Shown: piece after piece, positions 48,875 to 57,933 of the stretch
Layout of the letters: each line of letters begins with the position of its first letter
Position numbering within the stretch: position 1 is the first letter of the stretch
Assembly (NCBI GenBank): GCA_945883815.1
Contig: CAMCYJ010000001.1
Coordinates: 235-64,234, forward strand
Source: Akkermansia muciniphila
Lineage (GTDB): Bacteria; Verrucomicrobiota; Verrucomicrobiia; Limisphaerales; UBA9464
Direction: 5' to 3'
Length of the DNA: 64,000 nt
Made by a program: the position numbers and the translations under genes
The notes under the pieces: model-generated
Database searches by the model: none
What the model was told of the DNA's origin: nothing
The model's input: the letters and a program-made list of their open reading frames with translations, nothing else

Positions 48875-49747
48875 CTAGGCACCATAGCCGGTGACCCGAA
48901 GCCCCAATCGGGAGCGCAGGACCGCGTTCAGGATGATCCCGATCTTCCGGGCCCGGGTCAGCCGAAGTGGTGTCTCCTCCAACACATGGAAACGGGATTT
49001 CTCCAATCGCTCCAAAAGGCGCCAGTAGACATTGCCCATCAACTCCGCAGACACCATCGAAGCGCGCTCTGAAACCGGGAGCACGTCGCGGGCTTTCTGG
49101 TAATAACGACGGGCTCGCCCATCAATTTCCAAGGCCAACTGATGGAAGCGCTCCGACCATTCGCAGCGCAGAATCTCCTCGGGATTCACCCGGAATCGCT
49201 GCATATCCGACAGCGGCAGATAAATGCGGCCCCGGGCGGCATCATTGCCCACATCGCGCAGGATGTTGGTCAATTGCAACGCCTTGCCCAACGCATCGGC
49301 ATAAGCTCGGCACGCCGGGTCGGTGTAACCGAAGATCTCAATGCTCAACAAACCCACGACGCTCGCGACACGGTAGCAATACAACTCCAACTCGGCCGGG
49401 TCTTGGTAGCGAGTCTGGACGAGGTCGGTCTCGACCCCGAGGATCAGCTCGTCAAACAAGCGGAAGGGCAACCGGTAGGTTTGGATGTGAGGGGCCAATT
49501 CGCGGTTCACCTCCATCGAGGGTTCGCGCCCCTCACAGGCGGCTGCGATGTCAGCACGCCACGCTTCGAGGGTTTTCCGCCGCTGATCCACCGGGATGGA
49601 ATCCTCGTCGGCCGCGTCATCCACCTGACGGCAGAACGCATACAACGCCGACATGGCTGCACGCTTCTCAGGCGTCAATAAAATGAAGGCCAGCGCCAGG
49701 TTGGAGGCGCTTTTCCGCGTGATCTGCTCCGAGACACCAGAATTCAC
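48875..49747 (-). CDS. hpnD: Presqualene diphosphate synthase HpnD (squalene/phytoene synthase family)
   Basis: LYAFCRQVDD, YCYRVASVVG, ALQLTNILRDV..DA.RGRIYLP. Confidence 0.82.
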   Translation of the reverse strand: MNSGVSEQITRKSASNLALAFILLTPEKRAAMSALYAFCRQVDDAADEDSIPVDQRRKTLEAWRADIAAACEGREPSMEVNRELAPHIQTYRLPFRLFDELILGVETDLVQTRYQDPAELELYCYRVASVVGLLSIEIFGYTDPACRAYADALGKALQLTNILRDVGNDAARGRIYLPLSDMQRFRVNPEEILRCEWSERFHQLALEIDGRARRYYQKARDVLPVSERASMVSAELMGNVYWRLLERLEKSRFHVLEETPLRLTRARKIGIILNAVLRSRLGLRVTGYGA

Positions 49748-50079
49748 AAATCCGTCGGATTAAGATTCCCAGAACCCTTGGCAGGGAGCCCACCCGTGTC
49801 GGACAAAGTCGGATTGCGTGGGCGATCCTTGCTATGGCGACGACGGCGGCGACGGCCAGAACCCTTGGAATCGTTGATCACCCCTCGCCCTTTTTGCTTC
49901 TCGGACTTCCGAAAAAATACGGCCCAGATCACCCCAATGGCCAGAACCACCAACCCGGCGAAAATGGCAACCGTGGAGCCACTGAAGGCCTTCTGGGTTT
50001 CAGAATTAAAGCCCGACGGCAATTGCGACGCTGTGGAGTCAGCCAGCATTAGCATCGAATGGGTGAACAGTGAACTCAT
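49744..50079 (-). CDS. Small single-pass membrane protein with poly-Arg tail
   Basis: One TM helix then RRRRRRHSKDRPRNPTLSDTGGLP; 4-bp overlaps with both neighbours. Confidence 0.65.
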   Translation of the reverse strand: MSSLFTHSMLMLADSTASQLPSGFNSETQKAFSGSTVAIFAGLVVLAIGVIWAVFFRKSEKQKGRGVINDSKGSGRRRRRRHSKDRPRNPTLSDTGGLPAKGSGNLNPTDL

Positions 50080-51503
50080 CGAACAGCAGAGCCTGTTCCG
50101 GTGTCCACGTCTTCGTCAACGCCGCCGTCCACACCCAACCCGAGCCGGCCCATGCGATACCGCAATGAATGCCGCGACAAATCCAACGCCGACGCGGCCT
50201 TGGACAAGCTGCCGTCACTGGCCTCCAAGGCATCGAGGATCATTTCCTTTTCGAAGCGCAGAAGTGCCTCCGGCAACGAGCCGCCCTTGGAAACACCGTT
50301 CCTCTCGAGCAGACCATCGCGCAAGCGGGACTCCACTTCGAAGTCCGGGAGACTCGCTGGCTGAATGAGTTCGGAAGGTTCGAGAATCACGGCCCGTTCA
50401 ATCACATTGCGCAATTCGCGTACGTTGCCCGGCCAACTGTGGGCCTGCAGTGCAAGCATGGCCAATGGCGAGATATCCTTAACGGTGCGGCTCAGCTTGA
50501 GGGCAAACACCCGAAGGAAATTCCGGGCCAACAGTGCTATGTCCGCTCCCCGTTCGCGCAGCGGGGGAGGCCGAAACTGCATGACATTGAGACGATGGAA
50601 GAGGTCTTCGCGGAACTCCCCCTTTTTGATGGCCTCGACGATGTTGCGATTGGTCGCGGCGATGAGACGCACCTGGACTCTCAGCTCCTGAGTGCCGCCC
50701 ACGCGAGTGAAGGAACCATCCTCGAGGAAACGCAACAGCTTGGCCTGAAGCGGACGACTCATGTCGCCGATCTCGTCCAGGAAGATCGTGCCGCCGTCGG
50801 CCTCCTCCACATACCCCCGCTTGGTCCGATGGGCACCGGTGAAGGCTCCGCGTTCGTAGCCGAAGAGCTCCGACTCGAGGAGGGTCTCCGGAATGGCTGC
50901 GCAATTGAGCCTTATGTAATTGGCCGTGGCCCGACGGCTGTGGAAGTGGATGGCCCCGGCGATGAGCTCCTTGCCCGTCCCACTTTCGCCCAAGATCAAC
51001 ACGGTGGCATCCGTCGGCGCCACTGTCTGGATCAGTTGCCGCAATTCCTGCATCTTCGGCGATTCACCAACAATGTTCTCAATTCGGATGCCACTGCCGG
51101 CGCGGGCCTTGAGGGCCGCATTCTCGGTCAACAACCGATGCCGCTCCGCGCAACGGCCAACCGCGTGCAAAAGTTCATCCGGCTCGAAGGGCTTGGCCAG
51201 ATAGTCGGTCGCTCCCGATTTGATGGCCTCGACGGCCAGCTTGGGCGTGGCGTAGGCCGTGATCATGATCACCGGCAGATCGGGGCGCTTTTCGGCCACC
51301 ATCTTGAGAAACTCATAGCCACTCATGCCGCCCAATCGGGCGTCGGTGATGACCATGAAAAAGTTCTCCTGCTGAATGAGCTTCAGCCCCGCTTCGGCAG
51401 AATCGGCCAGGCGAACCTCGTACGACTCCCCTTCGAGCACCGTCTGGAGCGACAGGCGCATGTTCTTCTCATCATCGACAACCAACAAAGGCGGCAATTT
51501 CAT
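50076..51503 (-). CDS. Sigma-54-dependent response regulator (NtrC/PilR family)
   Basis: Receiver VVDDE, GESGTGKE, GAFTGA, FLDEIG, WPGNVRELRN, C-terminal Fis-type HTH. Confidence 0.93.
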   Translation of the reverse strand: MKLPPLLVVDDEKNMRLSLQTVLEGESYEVRLADSAEAGLKLIQQENFFMVITDARLGGMSGYEFLKMVAEKRPDLPVIMITAYATPKLAVEAIKSGATDYLAKPFEPDELLHAVGRCAERHRLLTENAALKARAGSGIRIENIVGESPKMQELRQLIQTVAPTDATVLILGESGTGKELIAGAIHFHSRRATANYIRLNCAAIPETLLESELFGYERGAFTGAHRTKRGYVEEADGGTIFLDEIGDMSRPLQAKLLRFLEDGSFTRVGGTQELRVQVRLIAATNRNIVEAIKKGEFREDLFHRLNVMQFRPPPLRERGADIALLARNFLRVFALKLSRTVKDISPLAMLALQAHSWPGNVRELRNVIERAVILEPSELIQPASLPDFEVESRLRDGLLERNGVSKGGSLPEALLRFEKEMILDALEASDGSLSKAASALDLSRHSLRYRMGRLGLGVDGGVDEDVDTGTGSAVR

Positions 51504-52921
51504 CGGAGTCTCATTAGGGTGCGTGCAGGAAGGGTGATGGTAAAGGTGGCGCCCTTGCCAAGATCGGATTCAACCCGGACACGGCCTCCGTACATTTCAC
51601 TGGTGTGCTTGACAATGGTCAGGCCCAGACCGGTCCCACGATCCTTGGTGGTGAAGTACGATTCCCAGATCCGACCAATCACCTCGGCCGGGATCCCTGG
51701 CCCCGAATCCCGGACGGTGACTTGAATCGCATAATCTGGGGCCGGACGCGCCGTGATCCAGATCTGACCTTTCTGCCCCATGGCTTCACGGGCGTTCACC
51801 AAGAGATTGGTGAAGATCTCCATGAAATGCCCACGCTGTCCCAAGAGAACCGGCAACGCCGGCGGAATGTCGAGATGCACCTGGATAGGAAAACCGGCTC
51901 CCAGCGGGAGTGCGATGGCCAAGGATTGTTCCAGGATCTCGGCAATGGTTAGCCGCTCCACGCGCCCCTCCACCAACCGAGCGTAGCCCATCAAATCGGT
52001 GATGATCCGATCGGAGCGGGCCACTTCTTCACGGATGATGGCGATTTGCTGGGTGATGGTCTTCCCCTCGCGGACCGTCTTCTGCAGCGTGTAGGCAGCG
52101 TTATTGATGATCCCGAGCGGATTCTTCAATTGATGAGCGATCTCTGCGGCCAGACGACCGGCGGCTTCCAATTGCTCCTGCTTCAAGGCGAACTCCTGGG
52201 TCTCGGCCTCCCGTTGACGCTGGCGGTCGATCAAGATCTGAAGACCCAGACAGACCACCGTCATGAGCAGTAGCAAGAGCACCCGGAGCACCAACGACTC
52301 AAACGGCTCGCTCACCGCCTCGGGGAGCCCACCGCTGGATTCGAGCTTGGGCGTATAACTGTCGAGAACTTGTGTTTCCACCAAGCCCAGCCGCATTTCC
52401 AAGACACCTGAGAGCACGTAAAGCGCGCAGACAAACAGGTTCACCAACACCTGGACTTCGGAACGCGGGATGATGGCGGCGTTCCGGATGACCAAGCCGA
52501 GGAAGACCCAATACAGGATGCTGTCAAAGCCTCCGCAAAAGAGGGTCAACGCCGCGAGGAATGCGGTGTCCAAGAGGGAGGTCATCGACACGACCCGTTC
52601 CAGGATCGGCGTGGAGATTTCGTCCATGCCCCACAGCAGAATCCCGGAACCGATGTTCACCGCAGTCATCATCAAGGTGAAGGTCTGCAGGTAAGCCAAG
52701 ACATCCTCCCGGGGCACTGAGACGCTGCCGAATGCATGGGGATTGAACAAGAACCAGTAGATCACCGGCGCAAGCATCAACTTCACCCAGATACCGATGT
52801 TGCGCTCGACGAAACGGATGCGCTTCCGGAAGAGAGTCGGATCCGCTGGGGGGGCCTGAAAGACCTCGAAAAGGCCACGCCACCGCTGACTCAAGGCATC
52901 TGCTGAGGTGGGTTCAGGCAT
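51500..52921 (-). CDS. Membrane sensor histidine kinase (PilS-like)
   Basis: About six TM helices, EIAHQLKNPL, NLLVNA, DSGPGI, FTTK..GTGLGL. Start could be 52972. Confidence 0.9.
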   Translation of the reverse strand: MPEPTSADALSQRWRGLFEVFQAPPADPTLFRKRIRFVERNIGIWVKLMLAPVIYWFLFNPHAFGSVSVPREDVLAYLQTFTLMMTAVNIGSGILLWGMDEISTPILERVVSMTSLLDTAFLAALTLFCGGFDSILYWVFLGLVIRNAAIIPRSEVQVLVNLFVCALYVLSGVLEMRLGLVETQVLDSYTPKLESSGGLPEAVSEPFESLVLRVLLLLLMTVVCLGLQILIDRQRQREAETQEFALKQEQLEAAGRLAAEIAHQLKNPLGIINNAAYTLQKTVREGKTITQQIAIIREEVARSDRIITDLMGYARLVEGRVERLTIAEILEQSLAIALPLGAGFPIQVHLDIPPALPVLLGQRGHFMEIFTNLLVNAREAMGQKGQIWITARPAPDYAIQVTVRDSGPGIPAEVIGRIWESYFTTKDRGTGLGLTIVKHTSEMYGGRVRVESDLGKGATFTITLPARTLMRLR

Positions 52922-52980
52922 AGGCTGGACGAGGGCTTGGTGTTGGGTGGAACCAGCGGACCGTTCCGCCAACTGCGATC

Positions 52981-53517
52981 TTAGTCGGGCAACACGCCCA
53001 CCTCCCGGAGAATCTCTTCAATGGGTGCCAGGCGGCCGAGACCCTCATAGCCGCAGGAAAGCATCCCCTCACCGGGTCCGACCCACTGGACACCCCGGGA
53101 TTCGAGGAGAGCCACATTGGCCTGGGTGGCCGGGTGCAACCACATCTTGCCATTCATGGCCGGGGCGATGAGTACTCGAGCCTCGGGGCGCAACGCCAAC
53201 GCAATGCAGGTGAGCGCATCATCGGCCAATCCATGCGCCAACTTGGCCAGGCAATTGGCCGTCGCTGGCGCGATCAAGAGCAGGTCGGCCTCATCGGCCA
53301 AACGGATGTGGGTCGGCTTCCACCCTTCCTCCTCGTCATAAAGATCGGTGATCACCGGTTGGCGAGTCAGCGTCTTGAAGGGCAACGGGGTGACAAATCG
53401 TTGGGCATCGGCAGTCAGCACCACGTGCACACGATGCCCGGCGTGGGTCAACTGGCTGGCCAAATCGATGGACTTGTGGGCGGCGATCGATCCGGTGACT
53501 CCGAGGACGATGTTCAT
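52981..53517 (-). CDS. coaC: Stand-alone phosphopantothenoylcysteine decarboxylase
   Basis: LGVTGSIAAHK, HIRLA, APATAN, APAMN, LSCGYEGLGRL; no CoaB domain. Confidence 0.85.
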   Translation of the reverse strand: MNIVLGVTGSIAAHKSIDLASQLTHAGHRVHVVLTADAQRFVTPLPFKTLTRQPVITDLYDEEEGWKPTHIRLADEADLLLIAPATANCLAKLAHGLADDALTCIALALRPEARVLIAPAMNGKMWLHPATQANVALLESRGVQWVGPGEGMLSCGYEGLGRLAPIEEILREVGVLPD

Positions 53518-53526
53518 GGTTCAGGA

Positions 53527-54174
53527 TCAGAGGCTGACCACAGGAACCGACTGCGGATGGTCCCAATGGAAGGTTTGTCGGGAAGCCCGGGCGCATTCGG
53601 CCTCATAAATCGATTGCAGCGACCGCAAGTCCTCCTCACGGCTGCGGCTCACCAAGAGATAGTCGAACTCTGCCCAACGAGCGATCTCCGGTTCGGCCAT
53701 TTCCAACCGACGGTCAATGGCCTCGGGCGCATCGGCATCCCGACCGCGAAGCCGAGACTCCAATTGTTCGCGGGAGGCCGGTGTGATGAACACCGTCACC
53801 AATCGACCTGCCAGAGCCGGATCAGAGGCCACCACCCGGCGGACCGTTTCGGCACCCTGGACATCCACGCTGAGCAGAGCGTCTTTGCCTGTGGCCCAAT
53901 GGGCTCGCACGGACTCTTTGAGGATGCCTTTCCAATCCCCGTACACATTTGCGTACTCCAGGAATTCTCCGGCGGCGATCCGCGCTTCGAATTCGGACCG
54001 GGAGAAGAAGTGGTAGTCCACCCCATGAACCTCACCCGGGCGCGGAGCCCGACTGGCGCAGGTGATGATCCGGCCGATGCGCGGATTGGCGCTCATCAGG
54101 CCTTGGCTCACCGTGGTTTTTCCGGCTCCCGAGGGAGCCGAGATGAGGAGCAGAAACGGGGCGCAAGCGTGCAT
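53527..54174 (-). CDS. gmk: Guanylate kinase
   Basis: SAPSGAGKTT, RAPRPGEVHGVDYHF, DVQGA. Confidence 0.93.
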   Translation of the reverse strand: MHACAPFLLLISAPSGAGKTTVSQGLMSANPRIGRIITCASRAPRPGEVHGVDYHFFSRSEFEARIAAGEFLEYANVYGDWKGILKESVRAHWATGKDALLSVDVQGAETVRRVVASDPALAGRLVTVFITPASREQLESRLRGRDADAPEAIDRRLEMAEPEIARWAEFDYLLVSRSREEDLRSLQSIYEAECARASRQTFHWDHPQSVPVVSL

Positions 54175-54194
54175 GGATTCGAACAGCGAAACGA

Positions 54195-55082
54195 TTACTC
54201 GATATTCTGGACCTGTTCGCGGAAGCGTTCCAGTTCTGTCTTCATGAGCACCACCTCGGCGGCGATCCGGGCGTCATTGGCCTTGGAGCCGATGGTATTG
54301 ATCTCGCGGTGGAACTCCTGAGCCAAAAAATCCAGCTTGCGACCGACGGCTTCCCGACTTTTCCGACAGTCCTCATATTGCTGGAAGTGACTCTCCAACC
54401 GGGCGATTTCTTCTGAAATATCCGAACGATCGGCAAACACCACCACTTCCCGCAGGATGCGTTCGTCATCGACCGTAATTCCTTCGAGGCCGGCTGATTG
54501 CAAACGTTGTGCCAACTGCTGGCGATAGCGGGTCAACACCTCGGGAGCCAATATGCGCACACGATCGAGCGCCGAACGGATGAGGGCGATGCGACTCTCC
54601 AGATCCCGCTCCAGCGCCTCCCCTTCCCGGCGGCGCATGGCATCCATGGATTCGAGGGCCAAAGCGAGTGCCGCGGAGGTTCCGGGCCAAGCGGCCTCGG
54701 GATCCACCACCCGGGTCTCGGATTGCATCACCCCGGGGCATCGCGCCAGCAACTCCAAGCTCACCTGTGCCGCGGCTCCAGAAAGCCCCAACTCGGCGGC
54801 CACCTCAGACCATTCCCGCGAGTAGGCTTGAACCACAGCGCGGTTGATTCGATTCCCCGTGCACTCCCCATCGGGAACATCCAGCGAGACCCGGATTTCA
54901 CACCGCCCTCGCGACACCATCCGCGCCACCGACTCACGGATTCGAGTCTCCAGCGATTCCCAATCCGGCGGCAGCATCACCACCAATTCGGATTGTTTCC
55001 GGTTCACCGACTTCAACTCCACCACCACCTTCGCCTCGGCCGCCGAGGATTCCCCCCGACCATACCCCGTCATCGATTTCAT
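54195..55082 (-). CDS. yicC: YicC/YloC-family endoribonuclease
   Basis: MKSMTGYG, SVNRK, DISEEIARL.SH, GRKLDFLAQE..REINTIGSK, REQVQNIE. Confidence 0.93.
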   Translation of the reverse strand: MKSMTGYGRGESSAAEAKVVVELKSVNRKQSELVVMLPPDWESLETRIRESVARMVSRGRCEIRVSLDVPDGECTGNRINRAVVQAYSREWSEVAAELGLSGAAAQVSLELLARCPGVMQSETRVVDPEAAWPGTSAALALALESMDAMRRREGEALERDLESRIALIRSALDRVRILAPEVLTRYRQQLAQRLQSAGLEGITVDDERILREVVVFADRSDISEEIARLESHFQQYEDCRKSREAVGRKLDFLAQEFHREINTIGSKANDARIAAEVVLMKTELERFREQVQNIE

Positions 55083-55093
55083 TCCGAAGTGTC

Positions 55094-55570
55094 GGGGACA
55101 GGTCCGCCGGTTTGCCAATGGAATTCCCGGATCGGCCCACCGTTCGAAAGCCCCCCATTGGTTAGCCAGAGCGAATGAAGAGCGGCCGAGGATCGGAACC
55201 ACCACAGCCTGTCCCTAGACCACCACAGCCTGTCCCTAGACCACCCTAGGAGCAGCCTCTCTGCCCCAGCAGCCGGTTCCCCAATGTACCCCCAGTGTGC
55301 CCCACCCCGTAGCCTGTCCCCCAAAGTGTCCCAGAAGCCTGTCCCCTGACGCAGATATCACCCACGCACCCCAGCAGCGTCAGCGGGATCGGGCCGGAGC
55401 GAGCATTGAAGGCAAACACCCCAAGCCCCTCGCGCGCAGCGCGAAAACCCATACCCTCCTGCGCCTTCCTGCGAGCGCAGTCCAGGTCCCGCGTAAGCCA
55501 ACCCCAGGCCCGTGCCCACGAGTCCGTCCCCACAACACAACACAGCCTGTCCCCAGCAGCCTGTCCCCTG
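55094..55570. repeat. Array of AGCCTGTCCC motifs
   Basis: Exact copies at 55206, 55227, 55311, 55336, 55544 and 55558; 21-bp tandem ACCACAGCCTGTCCCTAGACC twice; inverted GGGGACAGGT at 55094. Confidence 0.85.
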
Positions 55571-55670
55571 AAGCATCCCTTGGCAGAAATTGGCGACCCC
55601 AAACAAGCCCCCCAATCAGAACGGACCGAATTTCGCTTGAGTCAGAAGGCCTTTGGCGAGACCCAGAACC

Positions 55671-56741
55671 ATGTCTTTCACCAGCCGATTACAATTGTGG
55701 TCCCCTTCCCGGGTGATGCCGGTACTGATCCTGAGCCTGCTAACGGGTGCCGGTTGCCTCCTTGGAACCCGCTCCGAAAATCCCGGCTCCAAGGGCGATG
55801 GCCACCACGTCGTCGGCCCGAGCTATCCCATCGACCCGGACCTCACTGATCGGGGCAATCCCAAGGGCCGGCAGTTCGAATTCAAGATGCGACTGGCCAA
55901 CAGCAAACTCTTCCGCGGTGACGACACCACGCTGGAGCCCACGAAAAAAGCCGTTCGGACCGAGCGGAAAATCTTCGTTTACATCCCTGCGGCCTACCGC
56001 GATGGCACCCCGGCTCCCGTCCTGGTGACCCACGACGGCCCGAGCCAACTCAAGCTCGTGCGCAACGCTCTCGATAACCTGACGATCTCGAAGAACCCCG
56101 AGCGAAGCCTGCCTCCCTTCATCGTGGTCGCGATCGAAAACGGCGGAAACGACGGCAAGAACAGCGAGCGCGGCCTCGAATACGACACCATGTCCGACCG
56201 CTTCGCGCGATTCATCAACGACGAGGTCTTCCCCGCGGTGCTGGCCGACCCGGCCATCCATGCCGCCTATCCCAAGCTAGCCATCACCAGCAACCCCTGG
56301 GGCCGCGCCACCATGGGATGCAGTTCGGGCGGCGCCGCCGCGATGACCATGGCCTGGTTCCGCCCGGATTTGTTCCGACGTGTCATCGCCTATTCGGGCA
56401 CCTTCGTGGATCAGCAAGACGACGACGCCCCAGAAGAGGCCAAATTCCCGCTGGGAGCCTGGGAATACCACTCCAGCCTGAAGCTCATCGCCAACAGCCC
56501 CAAGAAGCCGCTACGCCTCTTCACCCATGTCTCGGAGAACGACAACCGGGCCAAAGACCCCGAAGAGACTTATCACAATTGGGTCATGGCTGGTGAACGC
56601 ACCGCCGCCGCCTTGAAGGACAAAGGCTATCACTACCGCTACGTCTTCAGCCGGGCCACAGGCCACTGCGACTCCAAGGTCTTTGAACTCACCCTGGCCG
56701 ACACCCTCGTCTGGACCTGGCAGGGCTATCGCCCGGAATAA
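55671..56741 (+). CDS. Exported esterase (enterochelin-esterase-like alpha/beta hydrolase)
   Basis: VYIPAAY, SERGLEYD, GCSSGG nucleophile elbow, TGHCD. Confidence 0.82.
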   Translation: MSFTSRLQLWSPSRVMPVLILSLLTGAGCLLGTRSENPGSKGDGHHVVGPSYPIDPDLTDRGNPKGRQFEFKMRLANSKLFRGDDTTLEPTKKAVRTERKIFVYIPAAYRDGTPAPVLVTHDGPSQLKLVRNALDNLTISKNPERSLPPFIVVAIENGGNDGKNSERGLEYDTMSDRFARFINDEVFPAVLADPAIHAAYPKLAITSNPWGRATMGCSSGGAAAMTMAWFRPDLFRRVIAYSGTFVDQQDDDAPEEAKFPLGAWEYHSSLKLIANSPKKPLRLFTHVSENDNRAKDPEETYHNWVMAGERTAAALKDKGYHYRYVFSRATGHCDSKVFELTLADTLVWTWQGYRPE

Positions 56742-56822
56742 CCGAACCTCTTCCAACGGAGAACCCCGACGGAGAACCGTCCGAGGAACTGCCTCTTGAG
56801 GCGACTCCGAAGCGGATGAGAC

Positions 56823-56853
56823 AAACAGGCCGCCCGACAAGGCGGCCTGTTTT
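56823..56853. terminator. Bidirectional intrinsic terminator
   Basis: AAACAGGCCGCC-CGACAA-GGCGGCCTGTTTT between convergent genes. Confidence 0.8.
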
Positions 56854-56874
56854 CGTATCCACTGATCCGAAGTG

Positions 56875-57813
56875 TCAAGGTTGGTACCACTTCAGCGTGT
56901 CCCTCAGGCCCTCTTCCCAGCCCACCTTGGGGTTGTAACCAAACGCATCGCGTGCCGCGGAGATATCCGCCAGCGAATGGCGCACATCCCCTACGCGCGG
57001 CTCCCGATGGCCTGGGACAATTTGTTGCCCGGTGATGGCATTCAAACTCCCCATCAGCCGGAGCAAACTGATGCCTTCACCACAGGCGATGTTGAAAAAC
57101 CGCCCTGCCACCGCGGATTCTGGGGCCTCGGCCACGGCGATGTTCGCTTCCACCACATTGGACACATGGACGAAATCGCGAGTCTGAAGACCATCGCCGA
57201 AAATGACCGGTGTTTCCCCGCGAAGGGCCTGCGTGCAGAAACGCGCGATCACTCCCGAGTAAGGCGAGTTGAAGGACTGCCGCGGCCCGAAGACATTGAA
57301 GTAGCGCAGCGACACCGTCGGCAATCCATGGAACTGATGGAACATCCGGCCATAGGTTTCCGACGCATACTTTTGCAACGCGTACGGCGAGAGCGGCTCG
57401 GGCGGCAAACCCTCGTGTTTGGCCGGGGTTTCATTGTTGCCGTAGATAGCCGAAGACGATGCGAACACCCATCGGCGCACCCCTGCAGCTCGGGATGCCT
57501 CCAGCAATTGGACCGCCGCGGTGAGATTGGTGTGATTCGAAGACACCGGCTCGGCAATGGACCGCGGCACACTGGGCATGGCCGCCTCATGGAACACCCA
57601 ATCGCAACCTTGAACGGCGCGCCGCACCAATGCCTCGTCACCAACATCGCCTTCGATGACCTCCACCGGATCGCCCGCGCGGATCCAGGCCAGATTATCG
57701 CGAGAACCGAGCGAAAAATCGTCCAATACCACCACCTGATGCCCCCGACGGACCAAGGCCTCCGACAAATGCGATCCGATGAACCCGGCACCGCCGGTGA
57801 CCAATGCTTTCAT
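56875..57813 (-). CDS. NAD-dependent nucleotide-sugar epimerase/dehydratase (extended SDR)
   Basis: TGGAGFIGSH, ASSSAIYG, PYALQK (YxxxK), LRYFNVFGPRQ, GLQTRDF. Confidence 0.92.
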   Translation of the reverse strand: MKALVTGGAGFIGSHLSEALVRRGHQVVVLDDFSLGSRDNLAWIRAGDPVEVIEGDVGDEALVRRAVQGCDWVFHEAAMPSVPRSIAEPVSSNHTNLTAAVQLLEASRAAGVRRWVFASSSAIYGNNETPAKHEGLPPEPLSPYALQKYASETYGRMFHQFHGLPTVSLRYFNVFGPRQSFNSPYSGVIARFCTQALRGETPVIFGDGLQTRDFVHVSNVVEANIAVAEAPESAVAGRFFNIACGEGISLLRLMGSLNAITGQQIVPGHREPRVGDVRHSLADISAARDAFGYNPKVGWEEGLRDTLKWYQP

Positions 57814-57933
57814 GAGCCGCCACCTAATCGTCTGCCAAAAACCGGGTCAAGGACCGAGCCGTGCAAGCAACCCGAAGTTGAGGGTGATCAGGCCTAACGG
57901 TTCGTAGCCCACCGTGTAGGCCGCGCCCCCGGA

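Noticed and set aside
55195-55570. CRISPR array
   Set aside because: The repeat core is only about 10 bp, spacing is irregular, and there are no cas genes in the window.
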